Shown: positions 18,416 through 22,674 of the stretch, piece by piece | Numbering within the stretch: the stretch's first letter is position 1 | Layout: each line of letters starts with the position of its first letter | Assembly (NCBI GenBank): GCA_030754595.1 | Contig: JASLZZ010000029.1 | Location: forward strand, 1 to 22,674 | Direction of reading: 5' to 3' | From: Nitrospinota bacterium | GTDB lineage: Bacteria; UBA8248 | Length of the DNA: 22,674 nt | The notes under the pieces: model-generated | The model's input: only the letters and a program-made list of their open reading frames with translations | Told to the model about the DNA's origin: nothing | Database searches by the model: none | Translations under genes and position numbers: made by a program

Positions 18416-18840
18416 GGACTGATTTCCTTTTTAAACTATTGAAAATTAAAGAGATATTCCCTAAATTTTTGATGTTGGCTAAATTTTGAAGAACTTTCGG
18501 GCAAGCGATAAAACCACGAACATATTTTCGTGATTATCTTGTCTGATTCATTTTGGTTACTTCCATTCAAAAATAATAACACCCTCTATTATGTATATCC
18601 AGAGACCGAGGCGTAAGCCTCCAAAAAGTCCAAGAGGTGGAGAGACGGCCCGAGTCAAGATCAGGAGCCGCCGAAGGCAGGGCAAGAGGTTGGGCTGGAG
18701 GTCAGGCTGGAAGGCCCCGGCAGTGTCCGGTTGGATCAGAGGCCTACCTCTTTAAAAAAGCTACAAGTGTTTTCCCTTTTCCCGAACTCACGGCAAGTGG
18801 TGAAAAATAACCCGCAACTTAACATCCATTTGGTGTTAAA

Positions 18841-19347
18841 TTACCTTGCCGCCGAGACGCGGCCCTTCGTCGAACGGTAGCCGAACAGGAAGCTGAGGAC
18901 GGCCTGAATCGAGTTGCCGACCAGCGAGCCCCAAATCATCGTCGCCGCCATATCGAGCGGGATGGACCCGGCCATGAATTTCGTGATGACGGCCCAGGCG
19001 TACAGCACCGCCGTCCCGACGAAGAGAAGCATGATGGGCGAGGCCGTGGTGGGCCGGAGCAGGGCATTGAAGGCGTCAACGATGGGAATTCCCGTCGGGG
19101 CCTGCGCCTTATGGATGTTATCCATCTGCTTGGCGAAGGCGCGCATCTCCTCGACCGCGACATTCGCCTCGACCTCTGCGAGCTTGGCGTCTGTTTTCTT
19201 CTCCATCATCTTGAGCTGATTCTCGGCGTCCTTGTCCATCCGCTCCAGCTCACGCGTATGCACCCGGCTCTCGCGGAACTCCTTGAAGATGTCGGGCAGG
19301 AGTCCGCCCGCCATGCCGAGGACGGAGCCAATCAAGGAAACGATCAT
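18841..19347 (-). CDS. Phage-type membrane protein, 3-TM holin-like
   Basis: N-terminal hydrophobic helix, charged coiled-coil, LLRPT followed by two hydrophobic segments, FLFGYR and a basic tail; resembles GTA/phage 3TM holins by architecture only. Confidence 0.55.
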   Translation of the reverse strand: MIVSLIGSVLGMAGGLLPDIFKEFRESRVHTRELERMDKDAENQLKMMEKKTDAKLAEVEANVAVEEMRAFAKQMDNIHKAQAPTGIPIVDAFNALLRPTTASPIMLLFVGTAVLYAWAVITKFMAGSIPLDMAATMIWGSLVGNSIQAVLSFLFGYRSTKGRVSAAR

Positions 19348-19348
19348 G

Positions 19349-19635
19349 TCAGAGTCCCTTTCCGCGGTTTAAGTTGGGCGGGGCCTTCCGGCCCTGGATG
19401 ATCGAGTCGCGAAGGGCCTCGCGGCAGACCTCCAAACCCGAAAGCTCTATTGTGTCGTCAGCCCGGAAGGTGAAGATGAGTGGGCATTGCGTTGGCCCGA
19501 ATAAGACCACCGGCGCGGGCGGTCCGGAAGGAGGCGCCCCAAGAGGAAGGGCGGCCGCGCAGCCCAAGAGGCCCGCGAGTCCCACTAGGCCCGCGAGGGC
19601 GAGGGCGGGGGGGGGCGCACCAGCGCTAGCCTCAT
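19349..19635 (-). pseudogene. Small Pro-rich lipoprotein, frameshifted in a 9-nt homopolymer within the signal peptide
   Basis: ATG 19635 (MRLALVR) is out of frame with ALALAGLVGLAGLLGC-AAALPLGAPPSGPPAP; a G9 tract at 19607-19615 lies between them; stop is 1 nt from the holin-like ATG. Confidence 0.55.
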
Positions 19636-19751
19636 CTCATTTCCCGCGGGTTCATCAAATCGGGATCGTGTATTTTGTGCCGCTCGTCATCGCGCATTTC
19701 GTGGTCCTCGCGGAACTCCTTGAAGAGATCGTGCAGGAGCCTGTCCGCCAG
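19632..19751 (-). pseudogene. Degenerate duplicate of the 5' part of the holin-like gene
   Basis: Reads LADRLLHDLFKEFREDHEMRDDERHK versus MAGGLLPDIFKEFRESRVHTRE; 20-bp identity between 19270-19289 and 19707-19726; no clear start codon. Confidence 0.6.
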
Positions 19752-20145
19752 GCGCCTGGTTCAATTATTTTACCGGCCGTGGGGCGGCCCTAATAAACGG
19801 GAAATTCGAGGAGTTTCGGGGATGCGGACAGGTTTTTCGTAGCGCAACTACCCAAAAGGCCCGGAATACCAGTGAATAGAGTTCGGCGGCCTGCGCGATG
19901 CGCTCGGGCCATAGAACAGAGTTCGCGCGCCGGGATTTTTCAGGAGTGCTCCGCAAAATATCGTTAATTGGAATGCCCCAATTTTCCGATTCCATACTCG
20001 TGGGAGGCATTGCCCGAGGGAGGGTAAATTGGCCTGTTTTGAAGAGGAAAGAGCGGCGCCGCACAATTCGGGACGATTTAGTCTAGAATATCCGCCGCTG
20101 ACCAATCATTGATTCACTCACGCCCTAAGAAAAGGAAAGGGGCTG

Positions 20146-20802
20146 ATGATCGACTGGGCCATCGGCTGGGACAAACACAGGCAAACCCACCGCGAGGAGA
20201 TCGCCAACAGCGTGAGTCACGGCGTTGCCCTCATCTCCGCCCTGGCCGCTGGCCCGGTGCTCGTCTACTCGGCCGGCGAGAGCGGCGGCACGGCCCGCAC
20301 GCTCGGCGCGGCGGTGTTCGTCTCCGCGATGATTCTGCTCTACCTCGCCTCGACTCTCTCGCACGCAATGCCCCGGCGCTGGGGGAGGCGCTTTTTCGAG
20401 GACCTCGACCAGATAGCGATCTATCTCATGATCGCCGGAACATACACTCCGTTCTTGCTCGGAGCCCTGAGCGGTGTTTGGGGGTGGACGCTTCTCGCAA
20501 TTGTCTGGAGCCTGGCCGCCGCCGGCATCGCGCTGCACGCGACGGGCAAGCTGCGCTCCATCGTTGTTCAGGTGTGTCTATATCTCGCGATGGGTTGGCT
20601 CGCCATCGTCGCGATCAAACCCATCTGGCTGAGCTTCCCCTTCTGGGGGTTGTTCTGGATATTCGCGGGCGGCGCCGCCTACACGGTGGGCGTCGGCTTC
20701 TTTGCCGCCCGGCGGATTCCTTACAACCACCTCATCTGGCACCTGTTCGTCGTCGTCGGCACCGCCTGCCACTACGTCGCCGTCATGTGGTACGCGGGCT
20801 GA
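20146..20802 (+). CDS. Hemolysin III family (PAQR/TrhA-like) membrane protein
   Basis: EEIANSVSHG, STLSH, DQIAIYLMIAGTYTPF, YLAMGWL, GGAAYTVG, HLIWHLFV; about 7 TM segments. Confidence 0.93.
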   Translation: MIDWAIGWDKHRQTHREEIANSVSHGVALISALAAGPVLVYSAGESGGTARTLGAAVFVSAMILLYLASTLSHAMPRRWGRRFFEDLDQIAIYLMIAGTYTPFLLGALSGVWGWTLLAIVWSLAAAGIALHATGKLRSIVVQVCLYLAMGWLAIVAIKPIWLSFPFWGLFWIFAGGAAYTVGVGFFAARRIPYNHLIWHLFVVVGTACHYVAVMWYAG

Positions 20803-21030
20803 GGGCCCCGCTTTCAAACAACAAATTCGAATCCGGGGGAATTGATCCGAAATTACCCGCCTGATGCGACATTGAACAAATGCAACGAAGAAATCGGGTT
20901 GATGCCAATGGTATCGATCAGGATTCAACCGGGAGACCTCGAGGACCGGTTTTCTCGTGTGTTGGATTGATGCGGGCCTGAGCTTGACTTAGAATCGCGG
21001 GAGCTTTTAGCCTCTTGATTTGCGACCATT

Positions 21031-21036
21031 TATAAT
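21031..21036 (+). promoter_or_regulatory. Candidate sigma70 -10 box for ugd
   Basis: Perfect TATAAT ~90 bp upstream of the ATG in an AT-rich region; no good -35 at canonical spacing. Confidence 0.3.
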
Positions 21037-21124
21037 GTGTTGCAATTGTTGAATATACGGATTTCAAGAGAGCCTGTCATCATATTGATTTGAACATCTC
21101 GTTTCGAAAAAGGCGCCGGAAAGA

Positions 21125-22462
21125 ATGAAAATATGTGTTCTGGGAAGTGGTTATGTCGGGCTGGTCACCTCTGCCGTATTCGCCGACATGGGAAACGATG
21201 TCATATGCGTCGACATCGACGAGGGGCGAATCGAGGATCTGAAGTCGGGAAAATGTCCGATATTCGAGCCTGGGCTCCCGGAGTTGTTGAATCGAAACAC
21301 CCATGAGGAGCGCCTTGAATTCACAACCTCGGCGGCTAAGGCTGTTACGCAAAGTGAAATCATTTTTATATGCGTGGGCACGCCTCCCAAGGATGGAGGA
21401 GAGACCGACCTGTCTCAGGTGAAGGCGGCAGCTAAGGAAATCGCCAATAACCTGAACGGGCATAAAATTATCGTGAACAAGAGCACAGTTCCGGTTGGAA
21501 CGGGCGATTTTGTTCGCGAGATCATCGAAAAATTCCGCAACGGAAATGGTTCCTTCGACGTGGTGAGCAATCCGGAGTTTCTGCGAGAGGGGCAGGCGAT
21601 CAGCGATTCCCTTCACCCCGACCGGATTGTAATCGGAGCTTCCTCGGAGGAGTCCGCCTCTCGCCTGTTGGAGATATACCGCCCATGGGATTGTTCGGTT
21701 TTCGTAACGGATATTCTCAGTGCCGAAATCATCAAGTATGCGTCCAACGCCTTTTTGGCCACGAAGATCAGTTTCATCAACGCCGTGGCCAATCTTTGCG
21801 AGGTTTCGGGGGCGAATGTCTCGGAGGTGGCCAAGGGGGTGGGCGCCGACAAACGCATTGGCTCCGGATTTTTCGATGCGGGGTTGGGCTACGGCGGCTC
21901 ATGTTTTCCGAAAGATGTCGATTCGCTCATTCATACGGCAAACAAAATCGGTCCGGGGTTTGAACTTCTTCGCGAAGTGGTGGAAATAAACGAGAATCGA
22001 ATCTCTAGATTCGTGGATAGAATAGTCGAACGGATCGGAGAGGGAGGAGAGAAGCCGCTCGCGGGCAGAGTAATCGCCATTTTAGGTTTGGCTTTCAAGC
22101 CGGAGACCGATGACATGCGGGAGGCGAAAAGCGTCCCGCTTTGCCGGATGTTGGTGGATTATGGCGCCCAATTGCGGGCCTACGATCCCATTGCCATCGA
22201 CAATGCCAAAAAGATCCTCGGTGAAGAGAACATCGAATATTGCCGAAGCGCCTACGATTCGGCCAAGGGGGCTGACGCCGCCGTGATAGCGACGGAATGG
22301 CGCGAATTCATTCAATTGGATCTGGATAGGATTCGCGAGGCGCTGAGCGGCCCCGTCATTTTCGATGGCCGGAATATCTATGTCCCGGCCCAGGTGGCCA
22401 AGGCCGGAATCGAGTATCACTGCATCGGGCGAGCTCCCACTCTTCCGGAGGGGAAGGGCTAG
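21125..22462 (+). CDS. ugd: UDP-glucose 6-dehydrogenase
   Basis: GSGYVGL, PIFEPGL, ICVGTP, KSTVPVGT, SNPEFLREG, KYASNAFLATKISFIN, GYGGSCFPKD (catalytic Cys), LAFKPETDDMRE. Confidence 0.96.
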   Translation: MKICVLGSGYVGLVTSAVFADMGNDVICVDIDEGRIEDLKSGKCPIFEPGLPELLNRNTHEERLEFTTSAAKAVTQSEIIFICVGTPPKDGGETDLSQVKAAAKEIANNLNGHKIIVNKSTVPVGTGDFVREIIEKFRNGNGSFDVVSNPEFLREGQAISDSLHPDRIVIGASSEESASRLLEIYRPWDCSVFVTDILSAEIIKYASNAFLATKISFINAVANLCEVSGANVSEVAKGVGADKRIGSGFFDAGLGYGGSCFPKDVDSLIHTANKIGPGFELLREVVEINENRISRFVDRIVERIGEGGEKPLAGRVIAILGLAFKPETDDMREAKSVPLCRMLVDYGAQLRAYDPIAIDNAKKILGEENIEYCRSAYDSAKGADAAVIATEWREFIQLDLDRIREALSGPVIFDGRNIYVPAQVAKAGIEYHCIGRAPTLPEGKG

Positions 22463-22467
22463 GCCAT

Positions 22468-22490
22468 CTCATCCGGGGGGGATGAGTTTC
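22468..22490 (+). terminator. Hairpin just after the ugd stop, possible weak terminator
   Basis: ctcatcc-ggggg-ggatgag, a perfect 7-bp stem followed by tttc. Confidence 0.4.
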
Positions 22491-22533
22491 CAAACCCATA
22501 GGGCCGATTTTCTTATCGCAGGTGGTTCATTCC

Positions 22534-22674
22534 CCCCCCCGAATTACCCATTACCCGATGCTTCCCCGGGGCGCCCTCGATTCCTTAAAACCCTTGAATC
22601 ATTTCGTGTTTTTTAAATGAAATGGTAAACTTCAGGCGGTGGTTATTTTCTGTCCTGAGGTGATATGAGAGGCG
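22534..22674. repeat. Terminal direct repeat, copy 2 (identical to 1-141)
   Basis: Exact match to the window start. Confidence 0.97.

Noticed and set aside
19765..20105. Short ORFs and a near-repeat gaa(t/c)agagttcg
   Set aside because: No coding signal; only two short imperfect copies, not CRISPR- or iteron-like
1..22674. CRISPR arrays, tRNA/rRNA genes, IS elements, defence systems
   Set aside because: No regularly spaced repeats, cloverleaf or rRNA signatures, or transposase or nuclease motifs were found by eye

Overview
This is a GC-rich bacterial contig whose first 141 bp are identical to its last 141 bp, so it closes into a circle of about 22.5 kb. No replicase, integrase or transposase is recognisable. 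Most of the window is a co-directional nucleotide-sugar biosynthesis cluster that runs from ugd across the junction to ~13.5 kb. It encodes four extended SDR epimerase/dehydratases, a nucleotidyltransferase-PfkB kinase fusion, a divergent GmhA-like isomerase, a TPP E1 alpha/beta pair without E2/E3, two tandem DegT aminotransferases, a SAM methyltransferase and a Zn dehydrogenase. It also holds a Nudix gene broken by an in-frame TAG and a collapsed remnant of a B12 radical-SAM gene. The likely product is an unusual higher-carbon or branched amino sugar for a surface glycan, but no glycosyltransferase is present. The rest is a patchwork: a divergent gnd, an OPX/Wza-like lipoprotein lacking the C-terminal helix, ino1, a hemolysin III/PAQR membrane protein, and a small phage-like module (holin-like protein, poly-G-frameshifted lipoprotein, partial duplicate). 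All calls come from reading motifs by eye; no database searches were run.
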